Assembly: GCA_018304615.1 (NCBI GenBank) | Contig: JAGVVV010000010.1 | Coordinates: 26,000-89,999 of the forward strand | Direction: 5' to 3' | DNA length: 64,000 nucleotides | Source: Candidatus Aenigmatarchaeota archaeon | Lineage (GTDB): Archaea > Aenigmatarchaeota > Aenigmatarchaeia > CG10238-14 > SCSR01 | In this document: piece after piece, positions 15,609 through 25,145 of the stretch | Layout: each line of letters starts with the position of its first letter | Numbering within the stretch: position 1 is the first letter of the stretch | Position numbers and translations under genes: made by a program | Notes under the pieces: generated by a model | Database searches by the model: none | What the model saw: only the letters and a program-made list of their open reading frames with translations | Told to the model about the DNA's origin: nothing

Positions 15609-18302
15609 ATGGAACTGGTTTTTCAGGTAATAGACTGTGATTACACAGAACTGAACAACTCGCCTCTTGTCAGATTATTTGGCAAAACAGAGGACGGGAA
15701 GACAGTCTGCGCTTTCTTTGAGAATTTCATGCCTTATTTTTATGTCAAAGTTTCCAACGAAGAAGAACTCATGGTGTTTCTTAATAAAAATTTTAATTCT
15801 CTGGTCAGTAATGTTGAAAGTGTGAAAAAATTTCTTCCACTTGGCTATCAAGAAGAAAAAACTGATTTGCTCAAGATTGTGCTCAAAGATCCTGCCCAGA
15901 CTCCAGTAATCAGGGACGAACTGAAAAGGCACAAATTCGTAGAAGAAATTTACGAAGCTGACATACTTTTCAAATACAGATTCATGGCAGACAGGGGGGT
16001 CTTTGGGATGAGGTGGGTTAAGGTTGAAGGTTCTCCAAGTTCAACTGTCACAGTCAGAACCGACAAATTTATTTCTGCCAAGAGTGTCACTACAATCGAA
16101 AATAATTCAAACGTCCCGCTAAGACACATGGGTCTCGACATAGAGGTAGTCCCAAGCACCGAGGTAGTTCCAAATGCTGTAAAGGATCCGATTGCCATAG
16201 TCAGCCTCTCATTCCTCCCCTCCTTTTCTAACGAAAACACGCTAGTACTTGTCGCCAAACCTTCCACGAAAAAAGAAGATGGTTCTCTTTTTTTCAAGAA
16301 CGAGAAGGAAATGCTCGAGAAATTAGTGGAAATCATCGGCGATTACGATCCTGACGCGATTGTAGGTTACAACATAAACAATTTTGACATGCCGTATCTT
16401 CTCGAGAGATTAAAGCAGAACAAACTATCAAGAGTTCTCGGTCGTGACAGCGAGAAAATCGTGATGAGCAAAAAATTCGGGAACAAGACAAGGAACAACA
16501 TTCTAGGAAGATTTGTCATCGATGTTTATGAATTGATAAAAGAATCTGCAGGCAAAGGCCTGCTGAGATTAAAAAGATACGGGCTCGGGGACGTTTCCAG
16601 AGAACTCATAGGTGAAGACAAGGTAGACATCGCGCACAGTGAAATTTCAAAGCATTGGAATGGAGACCTAAACATGCTGTCCAAATTGATTACCTATTCT
16701 AGAAAAGATGCAGAGTTAGTTCTAAAACTTCTGATACAGAAAGACATGATAGAAAAATTCATAGAGCTCTCCAAAGTCAGCGGCCTTTTGCTTCAGGATG
16801 TTTTAGATGGAGGCGAAGCAAACAGAGTCGAGAACGTTCTTTTGAGAGAGTTCAATCGACAAGAATTCGTCGTCCCGAACAAACCCGAAGGAAGCGTGAT
16901 GGCTAAGAGAGATCAAGAAAGGGAATCCAAAGGACTGAAAGGTGCGCTCGTCCTTGATCCGGAAATCGGCCTTCACACAAAACCTGTCATTTATCTTGAC
17001 TTCAGATCCATGTACCCTTCAATCTATGTCGCGTACAACATTTGCCCCACAACACTTCTTACAAAAGACTTACCATTAGATTCTTACAAAACATCGTTCG
17101 GGTCGAAATTCGTCACTCCCAAAATCAGAGAAGGAATAATCCCAAAAATTGTCAAGCAACTAATAACAGACAGAGATGAGATCAAAAAACAAATGAGAAA
17201 GGCAAAAAACGAAAAAGAAAGGAAGATGCTTGAGGCTAAACAGATTGCGATAAAATATGTCACAAATTCCTTTTACGGATACACTGGGTACGTCCGTGCT
17301 AGATTTTACGTACTCGACGTTGCCAGCGCAATCACCAGTTGTGGTCGTGAACTTATCCAGAAGACGAAGAATAAAGTCGAAGAGGACAAGAACTTCAAGG
17401 TGATTTACGGGGATACAGATTCTATAATGGTCAGGACACCAGCCTCTAATATTGACGATGCAATGAAGGTCGGTCTAGAGATAGAACAGAAGATAAATAA
17501 GGAGCTTGAAGGTGTAGTCCAGATGAAAATCGAAGGCATCTTCAAGAGCATTTTGATATTGGCCAAGAAAAGGTATGCCGGCCTTAGCAACGAGAAAGTA
17601 GACGGCGAGTGGCAAGAAAAGTTAGTCATGAAAGGAATCGAGACCGTGAGGAGAGATTGGTGTGACTTGGTCTCGAAAACACTTTACGACGTATTAGAAA
17701 TAATTTTGAAAGAGCAGGATCCGAAGAAGGCTTTCAAGTATGTGAAAGGAATTTTAAGCAAACTTGAGAAGAACGAGATTCCACTCGAACAGCTTTTGAT
17801 AACAAAAAGCATCTCCAAATCTTTGGGCGAATACAAAGGCATGCAGCCCCACATTGAACTTCTCAAGAAGATGAGGAAGAGAAGCCCTGCGACTGCTCCA
17901 GGTATAGGCGACAGGATAGGTTTTGTGATAGTAAAAGGTTTGCAGTTGATGTCAGACAGGGCTGAGGACCCGGAATATGTGAAGCAGAATCATCTTCACA
18001 TAGACTCTAAATATTATGCAGAGAGCCAGATACTTCCGCCACTGGAGAGAGTCTTCGAGGCCATAGGAATAGATAAAACTGAGTTGCTTGGCCTCGGTAG
18101 GCAGACTCTTTTGAGAGACATGTTCAAGAACAGCATCAAAAAAGCACCTGAACCTGAGAGCCTCACAGATTATTCAGGTCTAATCTGCGGAAAATGTAAC
18201 AAGACATATAGACGATCTCCTTTGGTTGGCAAGTGCTTCGATTGTGGTGGCGAACTGATGTTCTACTCAGGCGAAACAAAATCGAGGTTTGTCTCAGCAT
18301 GA
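15609..18302 (+). CDS. polB: Family-B DNA polymerase with C-terminal Cys4 zinc ribbon
   Basis: 897 aa. ExoI 'LDIEV', ExoII 'YNINNFDMPYL', ExoIII 'YSRKDAEL', motif A 'DFRSMYPSI', motif B 'KYVTNSFYGY', motif C 'YGDTDS'. Extra tail 'CGKC-x13-CFDC' (nt 18186-18245). Confidence 0.95.
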   Translation: MELVFQVIDCDYTELNNSPLVRLFGKTEDGKTVCAFFENFMPYFYVKVSNEEELMVFLNKNFNSLVSNVESVKKFLPLGYQEEKTDLLKIVLKDPAQTPVIRDELKRHKFVEEIYEADILFKYRFMADRGVFGMRWVKVEGSPSSTVTVRTDKFISAKSVTTIENNSNVPLRHMGLDIEVVPSTEVVPNAVKDPIAIVSLSFLPSFSNENTLVLVAKPSTKKEDGSLFFKNEKEMLEKLVEIIGDYDPDAIVGYNINNFDMPYLLERLKQNKLSRVLGRDSEKIVMSKKFGNKTRNNILGRFVIDVYELIKESAGKGLLRLKRYGLGDVSRELIGEDKVDIAHSEISKHWNGDLNMLSKLITYSRKDAELVLKLLIQKDMIEKFIELSKVSGLLLQDVLDGGEANRVENVLLREFNRQEFVVPNKPEGSVMAKRDQERESKGLKGALVLDPEIGLHTKPVIYLDFRSMYPSIYVAYNICPTTLLTKDLPLDSYKTSFGSKFVTPKIREGIIPKIVKQLITDRDEIKKQMRKAKNEKERKMLEAKQIAIKYVTNSFYGYTGYVRARFYVLDVASAITSCGRELIQKTKNKVEEDKNFKVIYGDTDSIMVRTPASNIDDAMKVGLEIEQKINKELEGVVQMKIEGIFKSILILAKKRYAGLSNEKVDGEWQEKLVMKGIETVRRDWCDLVSKTLYDVLEIILKEQDPKKAFKYVKGILSKLEKNEIPLEQLLITKSISKSLGEYKGMQPHIELLKKMRKRSPATAPGIGDRIGFVIVKGLQLMSDRAEDPEYVKQNHLHIDSKYYAESQILPPLERVFEAIGIDKTELLGLGRQTLLRDMFKNSIKKAPEPESLTDYSGLICGKCNKTYRRSPLVGKCFDCGGELMFYSGETKSRFVSA

Positions 18303-18832
18303 ATTTTTTTGACATCGACTTAGAAATCCTGAAATTCATTAATCAACCATTCGTGCCTACCTTCAACTTCGCTTTCATTTTAACAATTTTTTCAGTTTAC
18401 GGGTATCTTGCCTTTCTTCTTTTTTATTTTTTCAGAACGAAACAGAAAGACAAGATGTTCAGGATCCTAATAATTTCAGTCGTCGGGATACTTCTTGTGA
18501 ACGCAATCAAATTTTCTGTGAACAGGCCAAGACCGTCCGCAGCCATAGAAGGCGTCAATCAAATCCTAATAAAATCTGATCCGTCATTTCCATCATCCCA
18601 CACATTCATCGCCATCCTGTGTGCCTTCTTCACTCCAAAATCATTCTCGCGCTTCCTACGGATCCTTCTCAACTTCTATCTAGTAATCCTAATACCAATT
18701 GGTCTAGTTTACATAGGAGTACACTACCCATCAGATGTCCTAGTAGGAGGGCTTCTTGCTTTTCTCATTGTCAAATTCTTCAATGAGAAAAGGGCAAACT
18801 CTATCAAGTCTTCCCTGAAGTTAAAGTTTTGA
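18299..18832 (+). CDS. PAP2-family lipid (poly)prenyl-pyrophosphate phosphatase
   Basis: 'KFSVNRPRP', 'PSFPSSHT', 'GVHYPSDVLVG' are the three PAP2 motifs. ATG 18299 overlaps the polB stop (ATGA). The ORF-track start at 18233 lies inside polB. Confidence 0.85.
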   Translation: MNFFDIDLEILKFINQPFVPTFNFAFILTIFSVYGYLAFLLFYFFRTKQKDKMFRILIISVVGILLVNAIKFSVNRPRPSAAIEGVNQILIKSDPSFPSSHTFIAILCAFFTPKSFSRFLRILLNFYLVILIPIGLVYIGVHYPSDVLVGGLLAFLIVKFFNEKRANSIKSSLKLKF

Positions 18833-20426
18833 AAAGCTGTTTCATTAACAACTCGTCTAAAAAGAATCCGGCAAGAAGGACGAATGCCATCCCTCTATAT
18901 CCGATTATCCCAACCAATATGCTTCCTAGCATCACTATCCTAAAGAAATTCATCAAGCTCATTATCTTCTTGTAACCTACAACAATATGCTTGTGCTTTC
19001 CTTCCAACCCTTCGAAGTACACAAACAATGTCAGAGCAGAATATATTGACAGGAAACTTATTCCGATTAAAACAGGGTAGTCAATCAACAGCGTTATATT
19101 CAAATATTTTGTCATCGCGACTAGAAGTCCGACGCTGATTAGAATTTCTAACATAGCCATCACAAACATCAAAGAAACCACCTTGATCTTCTTCGTTTTT
19201 GAATACGTGTAACCTAGAACAATAAGAGTTGATAAAAATCCAACTCCCAAAGTTCCGTACAAGACAGTTTTATTTACAGTAGGTTCAGAGATGGTCTGCG
19301 ATTCAAGTTTCAAATCTGCAGGCAGCGACCCAAACCTTAGCGAGGAATAAACCAACCTTCCTACTTTATACGCATCTTCGGATGTCTGTTGGATGCCGCT
19401 GATTGCAGTGATCTCATTCCCAATCAGTTCTACAGGAATTGCAAGCGAGCTCACTTCTTCGTCATCGATATAATAATTCAACCTTGCATTAAGAACCGTC
19501 CCACCACCAGGAACAAGAGTGCTTTCGGCCTTCCTAATCACTTTCGTGAGTCTTTCATTCACATCAGGAGCCACACTAATCTGAACGTAATAAAAGTATA
19601 AACCGCTTTTAGTGTCTTTCCTGACTATCACCTGCGAACTAGGATTAGTGACTGTATCTTCTCCTCCGTGCAAATCTGCTTCCACGTTAAGAGTCGGTCC
19701 AATCGTGTCCACAAAATGGAAAGTCACATTTGACAATTGGAATGGCTTGTCTGCTTTGAAATCTGTTCCATTTATCGAAATAGTTTCGTTCCCAGGTTTT
19801 ACTATGTAGGCAATGTTGCCGACAATTATTTTTGCCGCACCCTGCTCAAGAGTGAAGCTCTCTATAACAGTTCCACGGAGCTTGCTTTGCCTGACAATGG
19901 AATTAATCTCATCTTCGAATGGCGTAGATATTTTTATATTACTTCCTGTTATCTCGACTCTTGTCTGGGGCAAATCATAGAAGTTTATCCTGTCTTGTAT
20001 CACTTTTTTTATCTTCGCTAGCGTGGTCGAGTTTGAGTTATTTGCAGAATACACGAAACTCTTAGATTCTGATATGTCTGGTCCGAACATCAGTCCTCCT
20101 GAAGAAGATTCCTTTACTGTGAACCCCAAATTCCCATCGGATAAAGCTCTGCAACTGCCAGGTCCTCCGTTGACTACCATCGCAACATAATCCCCTGTTT
20201 TGACAGCCGATTCAGCAGATGAGAAGTCAGAACTGCTTCTTATGATTCTAGATTCAACACTTACTATTCTGTCCCCTATTTTCAGAGGCCCACAATCAGA
20301 GCTGCTATCGATTGAACCGACTGTAACAGATGAACTTCTTGTCAAGTACGAGCCGGCCAATGAATATCCGCTCAAAACTAAAAGCAAAATTAGAACAGAT
20401 ATCAGCGAGTAAGTTACAACTTTCAT
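18804..20426 (-). CDS. Large membrane protein: N-terminal anchor, extracytoplasmic domain, C-terminal multi-TM bundle. Weak SecD/SecF-like resemblance.
   Basis: 540 aa. N-terminal hydrophobic segment, Ser-rich region, then about 6 TM at the C-terminus whose layout is reminiscent of SecD/F. The function call is tentative. Confidence 0.45.
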   Translation of the reverse strand: MKVVTYSLISVLILLLVLSGYSLAGSYLTRSSSVTVGSIDSSSDCGPLKIGDRIVSVESRIIRSSSDFSSAESAVKTGDYVAMVVNGGPGSCRALSDGNLGFTVKESSSGGLMFGPDISESKSFVYSANNSNSTTLAKIKKVIQDRINFYDLPQTRVEITGSNIKISTPFEDEINSIVRQSKLRGTVIESFTLEQGAAKIIVGNIAYIVKPGNETISINGTDFKADKPFQLSNVTFHFVDTIGPTLNVEADLHGGEDTVTNPSSQVIVRKDTKSGLYFYYVQISVAPDVNERLTKVIRKAESTLVPGGGTVLNARLNYYIDDEEVSSLAIPVELIGNEITAISGIQQTSEDAYKVGRLVYSSLRFGSLPADLKLESQTISEPTVNKTVLYGTLGVGFLSTLIVLGYTYSKTKKIKVVSLMFVMAMLEILISVGLLVAMTKYLNITLLIDYPVLIGISFLSIYSALTLFVYFEGLEGKHKHIVVGYKKIMSLMNFFRIVMLGSILVGIIGYRGMAFVLLAGFFLDELLMKQLFKTLTSGKT

Positions 20427-20474
20427 TTCGACACCGTTTTAATAAATATGCTTGAGGTTTTAGTTTAAATATAT

Positions 20475-21143
20475 ATGAAAGATGTCTCTGTGATAATCCC
20501 AATAAAGAACGAACCCTTCATCTCTACACTCGTAGGTCAGATTCACAGAACTCTTGTGTCTTACGATCACGAAGTCATTGTCGTCGATGAGAGTTCTCAG
20601 CCAGTTACGCTAAAAAATGCCAAAGTCATCAGACAAAAATCTCATGGTCTCGGCAATGCTTTCCTTGAAGGGCTTCGCGAATCAAAAGGCAGGTACATAG
20701 TCTTGATGGATGGAGATGGGCAGCATAGACCTCAGGACATTCCAAAACTGTTGTCCGCCCTTTCGTCTTACGATTTTGTCTTTGGCTCTAAATTGGTTGA
20801 AGGAGGGCGGGCGTTTTATTCTGAAGAACGTTTTTTTATTACAAAATTCTTAAGTAAGTTCGCCTCTCTCGTTCTGGATTTACCAATTAAAGACAACATG
20901 TCAGGTTTTTCAGCAATGAAAAGGCAAGCAATCTCCAGAATCCGTCTAAACCCACTCGGATATAAGATAAATTTAGAGGCGGCATACAAGTTGAAACAAA
21001 AAGGGTTCAAATTGGGAGAAGTGCCGATAGTTTTTTTGAGAAGGCAAAAAGGCAGGGCAAAAATCGGTTTTAACCTCGAAGGTATTTCAGAGATGTTCAG
21101 AATCTTCAGGTTGATAATTGAATTGAAGCTTGGTTTGAGATAA
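20475..21143 (+). CDS. GT2 glycosyltransferase, dolichyl-phosphate sugar synthase (Dpm1-like)
   Basis: 222 aa. 'VSVIIPIKNE', 'VLMDGDGQHRPQDIP', 'GFSAMKR'. Confidence 0.85.
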   Translation: MKDVSVIIPIKNEPFISTLVGQIHRTLVSYDHEVIVVDESSQPVTLKNAKVIRQKSHGLGNAFLEGLRESKGRYIVLMDGDGQHRPQDIPKLLSALSSYDFVFGSKLVEGGRAFYSEERFFITKFLSKFASLVLDLPIKDNMSGFSAMKRQAISRIRLNPLGYKINLEAAYKLKQKGFKLGEVPIVFLRRQKGRAKIGFNLEGISEMFRIFRLIIELKLGLR

Positions 21144-22045
21144 TGAAAGTTTCCATATTAGGAATGGGAAGAGTAGGCAGTAGTCTAGGTTATCTGCTTG
21201 CTGGAGAGAAAAACATAGACGAATTAGTTTTTGTCGACGAAATCAAAGGACTTTCAGAAGGAATTTCTCGCGACATATCAAATGCCTATCCTGAAGCCAG
21301 CCTGAAAATAGTCTCTGGTGACATTTCTTCTGCAAATAACTCAGACATCCTTGTGATCGCTGCCAGCGCCCCTACCGACCCCAAGATAACAATCAGGATG
21401 GAATTGCTCGGTGCGAACAAGCCTGTCATCGAAAAAATCTTTTCGAATGTGAGGCTGAAAAAATCTACAGTCGTAATCATGGTTACAAATCCTGTAGAAC
21501 CTTTAGTTTACCACTCTTTGAAAATTTCAAGGATTGACCCAGAAAAGATTATAGGATTTGGCAATTCCTTAGACACTGCCAGACTCAAGTCGATCCTGTC
21601 TAAAAAAACTCGAGTTCCATCAAATAGGATTGACATTACAGTTTTAGGCGAACACGGAGAGAACATGCTCCCTGTTTTCAGTTCAGCTAGAATAGACGGA
21701 AAACCATTTGAATTGTTCAACCTAAATGCAGAGAAACTTACTGATTCCTTGAAGGAAGAAGGTCGAAAGATTAGGCATCTCACTGGAGGTGTAAGGTTCG
21801 GCGCTGCCAGACACCTTTCCAATCTTATTCAATCCATAATCAAAGACAGGAATAAAATAATTCCAGTCTCTTCCTATGTAAAAAGTAACGATTACTATGG
21901 CGTTGACGATGTTTGCATCAGCCTCCCGTCTAAAATTTCGTCATCCGGTATTTCCGAAATAGTTGAAATTCCTATTAGCGATGAAGAAAAACAAAAAATA
22001 TCCTCCATTTCTAAATCTTTAAAGGAAATACAGAAAAACTTGTGA
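21143..22045 (+). CDS. L-lactate/malate dehydrogenase family oxidoreductase
   Basis: 300 aa. Rossmann 'KVSILGMGRVGSSLGYLL', 'VTNPVEPL', 'GNSLDTARL', catalytic-His region 'VLGEHGENMLPV'. 1-nt overlap (TAATG) with the GT2 gene. Confidence 0.8.
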   Translation: MKVSILGMGRVGSSLGYLLAGEKNIDELVFVDEIKGLSEGISRDISNAYPEASLKIVSGDISSANNSDILVIAASAPTDPKITIRMELLGANKPVIEKIFSNVRLKKSTVVIMVTNPVEPLVYHSLKISRIDPEKIIGFGNSLDTARLKSILSKKTRVPSNRIDITVLGEHGENMLPVFSSARIDGKPFELFNLNAEKLTDSLKEEGRKIRHLTGGVRFGAARHLSNLIQSIIKDRNKIIPVSSYVKSNDYYGVDDVCISLPSKISSSGISEIVEIPISDEEKQKISSISKSLKEIQKNL

Positions 22046-22732
22046 TCATTTTACTATTTTCATTATTTCAAATACTTTATCTATAATCCTATCTGGGTTT
22101 TCATTTTTCAGTAATTTTTTTCCTGTCACTCCAGATGTTACTGCAACTGTATGTATGCCAGTCTGTTTTCCACCTCTTATGTCAGCAACCGCATCACCAA
22201 CAATCACACATTCATTAGGTTTGAACCCATGTTTTCCAATAAATTTTTCTATCAACTTCTTCTTCATCAAATCGTGGTCCTTTCCTGCAGGGCTCTCTTT
22301 TATCACAAAAACATCATCGACATATTTATCCAATCCGAACATCTCAAGTTGCTTCAACAGGAAACTTTCAGATTTTCTTAATGAAGTTATGAAAACCATT
22401 TTTCTATTCTGTTTTAATTTTGTCAATGTGGATTTTGCCTTTTTGAACGGTTTGTCCAGATTCCTGTATTTTAACGTCTCTCTGAACTCCCTCCTTTTCT
22501 TCTCTACAAGGGGGAGCTTCTTGTGCGACCCCAAAACACTTTGCAGTATCTTGAAAGCGTTAATTCCGTTTCTTCTTAGTTTCCATATTCTTTCTTCGTC
22601 AATCTTATTGAACCCATAAAAATCTAATGCATCATTGATGCCCTTACAATACCCTTCTCTGATATCCAGCAAAGTTCCATCAACGTCGAAAAGAACTGCC
22701 TTGATGTTTTTTAATGATTTTACATATCCCAT
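22046..22732 (-). CDS. HAD-superfamily phosphatase
   Basis: 228 aa. Motif I 'AVLFDVDGTLLD', motif III/IV 'VIVGDAVADIRGG'. Confidence 0.8.
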   Translation of the reverse strand: MGYVKSLKNIKAVLFDVDGTLLDIREGYCKGINDALDFYGFNKIDEERIWKLRRNGINAFKILQSVLGSHKKLPLVEKKRREFRETLKYRNLDKPFKKAKSTLTKLKQNRKMVFITSLRKSESFLLKQLEMFGLDKYVDDVFVIKESPAGKDHDLMKKKLIEKFIGKHGFKPNECVIVGDAVADIRGGKQTGIHTVAVTSGVTGKKLLKNENPDRIIDKVFEIMKIVK

Positions 22733-22762
22733 ATGATTCTCTTATTTTCTCAAATAAAGTAA

Positions 22763-23851
22763 CTAATTTTTATAACTCTTTATCGCGTTCTTTATTATTT
22801 CATCAACCTGCCTATAATAAACGTCGATGTCGAATTCTCTGGATCTTTTTATGCACGCTTCCTTCATTCGAATAGCTTTTTCTGGCGTCATTGACTTCAC
22901 CGCTTTTATCAATTCAGCTTCATTTGGCGGGATTATCAAACCAGTTTTTTTGTTTACCACAGTCTCTATCACACCACCTTCGTTTACTCCTATTACAGGT
23001 TTGCCTGCTGCCATGGCCTCTACAGGCACAATTCCATAGTCCTCCATTTTCGACATAAAGACGAAGGCTGTACATCTTGCATACAGCTCGATCAACTCTT
23101 TTCCGTAAATCGGACCTTTGAATTCAATGTTTTTGTTATTTTTCGCCAGTTCTTCGAGATATTTTCTTTGCGTTCCATCCCCGACAACAACCAATTTTTT
23201 GTCTGGCATTTTCATGAAAGCCTTTACTATCAACTCCACCCTCTTGAGAGGTTCTAGTCTGGAAACTGTAAGATAGAAATCTTCTGGATGCCTGTAGTAG
23301 AACTTTTTCGTCTCCGCGGGAGGGTAAACCACAAATAAATTTTTCTTCCTTTTATAAAGTTTTTCTATATTTTCCTTTTGAAATTTGCTGACCGCCAATA
23401 TGAAATCCAGATCATTTTTTGTAGCATTTTGATTCTTTTTTAGAAACAGTTTTCTGAATAGTTTTAAACCCCATTTCCTTTTCAGGCTTCCAGGTGAATC
23501 ATAGTATTCCTTTAAATAAAGATTTTTTGGCGGTGCTCCTGCGACCCAGACATTTGGATGTAAATGTTTTCCTGCCAGTATCGAATACCACCCATACATA
23601 AGATAGACATCATAATCTTTCTTAGGTTTCAAAGTTTCAAAAAATCTTGCAGCACCGACCTGTTTTAAAAAATTAGTTTTTATTTTCAAATTAGAAGTGT
23701 AGACCCTGAAATTTTTTATTTCGTCGAACGTTTTTGTCTTGTCCCAAAAATATGTGTAAATATCTGCATCATATCTTTTAGCGAGAGCAATCACTACTTT
23801 TTCCCCACCCCCAACACTTGTAAAAAAATCATGGAGAATTGCAACTTTCAT
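22763..23851 (-). CDS. GT4 (GT-B fold) glycosyltransferase
   Basis: 362 aa. 'MEDYGIVPVEAMAAGKPVIGVNEGGVIETV' is the E-x7-E type motif. Confidence 0.85.
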   Translation of the reverse strand: MKVAILHDFFTSVGGGEKVVIALAKRYDADIYTYFWDKTKTFDEIKNFRVYTSNLKIKTNFLKQVGAARFFETLKPKKDYDVYLMYGWYSILAGKHLHPNVWVAGAPPKNLYLKEYYDSPGSLKRKWGLKLFRKLFLKKNQNATKNDLDFILAVSKFQKENIEKLYKRKKNLFVVYPPAETKKFYYRHPEDFYLTVSRLEPLKRVELIVKAFMKMPDKKLVVVGDGTQRKYLEELAKNNKNIEFKGPIYGKELIELYARCTAFVFMSKMEDYGIVPVEAMAAGKPVIGVNEGGVIETVVNKKTGLIIPPNEAELIKAVKSMTPEKAIRMKEACIKRSREFDIDVYYRQVDEIIKNAIKSYKN

Positions 23852-23854
23852 CTA

Positions 23855-24946
23855 TCAAATCACGTCTTTCAATATCTTAACTATCTTCTCGCTCGTCTTT
23901 CCGTCTCCGTATGGATTTTCTATCTGCTGAATCTTCTTTTTGAGCTCTGTATTCAAAACCATCTTTATATGATAATCAATAAGTTGAGACTCTGTCCCGA
24001 CAAGGAAATTGGCTCCTGCAGAAATTGTTTCCCACCTTTCAGTTGTTTCTCTGAGTGTCAGGCAAGGAACTTTCAAAGTAATCGCTTCTTCTTGTACCCC
24101 ACCTGAATCTGTAATCACCAATGACGCGTTCTTCAAAAGTTTCAGCATATCTAAGTAGCCGACAGGATCTATCACTTTTATGCTATCAGGTATTTTGAAT
24201 CCAAACTCCATGACCCTCTTCTTGACTCTAGGATGAATGGGTAAAATAATCTCCCTTCCGTTCGCAGCAAGAGCTCTTAGTATCCTCATGAGCTTTTCTG
24301 GTTTATCGACATTTTCTGCACGGTGAATCGTGACCAATATATATTCGTCTTTTTTTATCTTCAGTTCGTCGAGTATCTTGCTTGTCTTCTCCGCTTCTCC
24401 CAGATATTTCAAAGTAGCATCTACTACAGAATTTCCAACAATGTATTTGCTTTCTTTTATTCCCTCTTTATCAAGAAAGGAGGAAGTTAATTCTGTAGGT
24501 GTAAATAGAATGTCACTGTTGTGATCTACAAGCACTCTAACTAATTCTTCTGCCATCCTCTTGTCATAACTTCTTAATCCAGCTTCTATATGGATTATCT
24601 TCTTTCCATACTGCAAGCCTGCAAGGGTAGCTGCCAGCGTGGAATTCGTATCCCCATAAACAATTACATATTCCGCTTTCGAATTTTTCAGTTCTTTTGC
24701 TATTGACGGTATTAGTACTGAGTAATCAGACCCAACTATAGCAGCTGTTTCAGCTGCATGTGGCGTTAAAATAGAATCAGGTTTCCTCAGCTTGAGTTGG
24801 TCAAAGAATATTTCGACCATTTCCCTTGAAAAATGTTGGCCTGTGAAAACAAACCGGTGATCGAAATTCTTATCCAATAGAGGAATCATTTGAGACATTT
24901 TTATTATTTCAGGCCTAGTTCCAAAGAGCGTAATTACTTCTGTCAT
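23855..24946 (-). CDS. wecB: UDP-N-acetylglucosamine 2-epimerase
   Basis: 363 aa. 'FGTRPEIIKMSQMI', 'YGDTNSTLAA', 'HIEAGLRS', 'ITDSGGVQEEA'. Confidence 0.9.
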   Translation of the reverse strand: MTEVITLFGTRPEIIKMSQMIPLLDKNFDHRFVFTGQHFSREMVEIFFDQLKLRKPDSILTPHAAETAAIVGSDYSVLIPSIAKELKNSKAEYVIVYGDTNSTLAATLAGLQYGKKIIHIEAGLRSYDKRMAEELVRVLVDHNSDILFTPTELTSSFLDKEGIKESKYIVGNSVVDATLKYLGEAEKTSKILDELKIKKDEYILVTIHRAENVDKPEKLMRILRALAANGREIILPIHPRVKKRVMEFGFKIPDSIKVIDPVGYLDMLKLLKNASLVITDSGGVQEEAITLKVPCLTLRETTERWETISAGANFLVGTESQLIDYHIKMVLNTELKKKIQQIENPYGDGKTSEKIVKILKDVI

Positions 24947-25145
24947 ATCAATAATTAAGACTGAAAGAAAGCTTAAATTCTTTAGTGTATTCTTGTTTTC
25001 TATGGACCCGATTAAAGCTGGTGAAATACAGTTCAGTGGTTTAGAATCAGTAGAAATTGCCGAATTTTATAACAGGTAATGGAAACCTCCAGATTACATA
25101 GAGGAACAAGTAAGGGTAAATTGGGATAAAGCAATCTTAGCCTCC

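Noticed and set aside
18233-18298. Upstream extension of the PAP2 ORF into the polB 3' end
   Set aside because: The in-frame ATG at 18299 forms an ATGA overlap with the polB stop. It yields a protein that starts just before the first TM helix. The extension would be translated from within the PolB zinc-ribbon codons.
15609-18302. Possible inteins in PolB (and in NrdJ 54785-58042, Hel308, RadA), which are common intein hosts in archaea
   Set aside because: The catalytic motifs are contiguous (for example 'YGDTDS' and 'NPCSEY'). Protein lengths are normal for intein-free versions. No Cys/Ser-initiated block ending in His-Asn was seen interrupting conserved motifs.
20475-22045. LDH/MDH-family gene overlapping a Dpm1-like GT2 by 1 nt, considered as a novel glycan-pathway dehydrogenase
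   Set aside because: The sequence has all the hallmarks of ordinary 2-hydroxyacid (malate/lactate) dehydrogenases. In genomes this compact, operon adjacency of unrelated housekeeping genes is common, and there is no specific evidence for a sugar substrate.
25077-25079. In-frame TAA in the Nudix gene as evidence for stop-codon reassignment (alternative genetic code)
   Set aside because: TAA terminates many well-supported genes in this window at the expected protein ends (for example kae1, radA and nrdJ). A genome-wide reassignment is therefore not tenable, and a local nonsense mutation, assembly error or uORF explanation is preferred.
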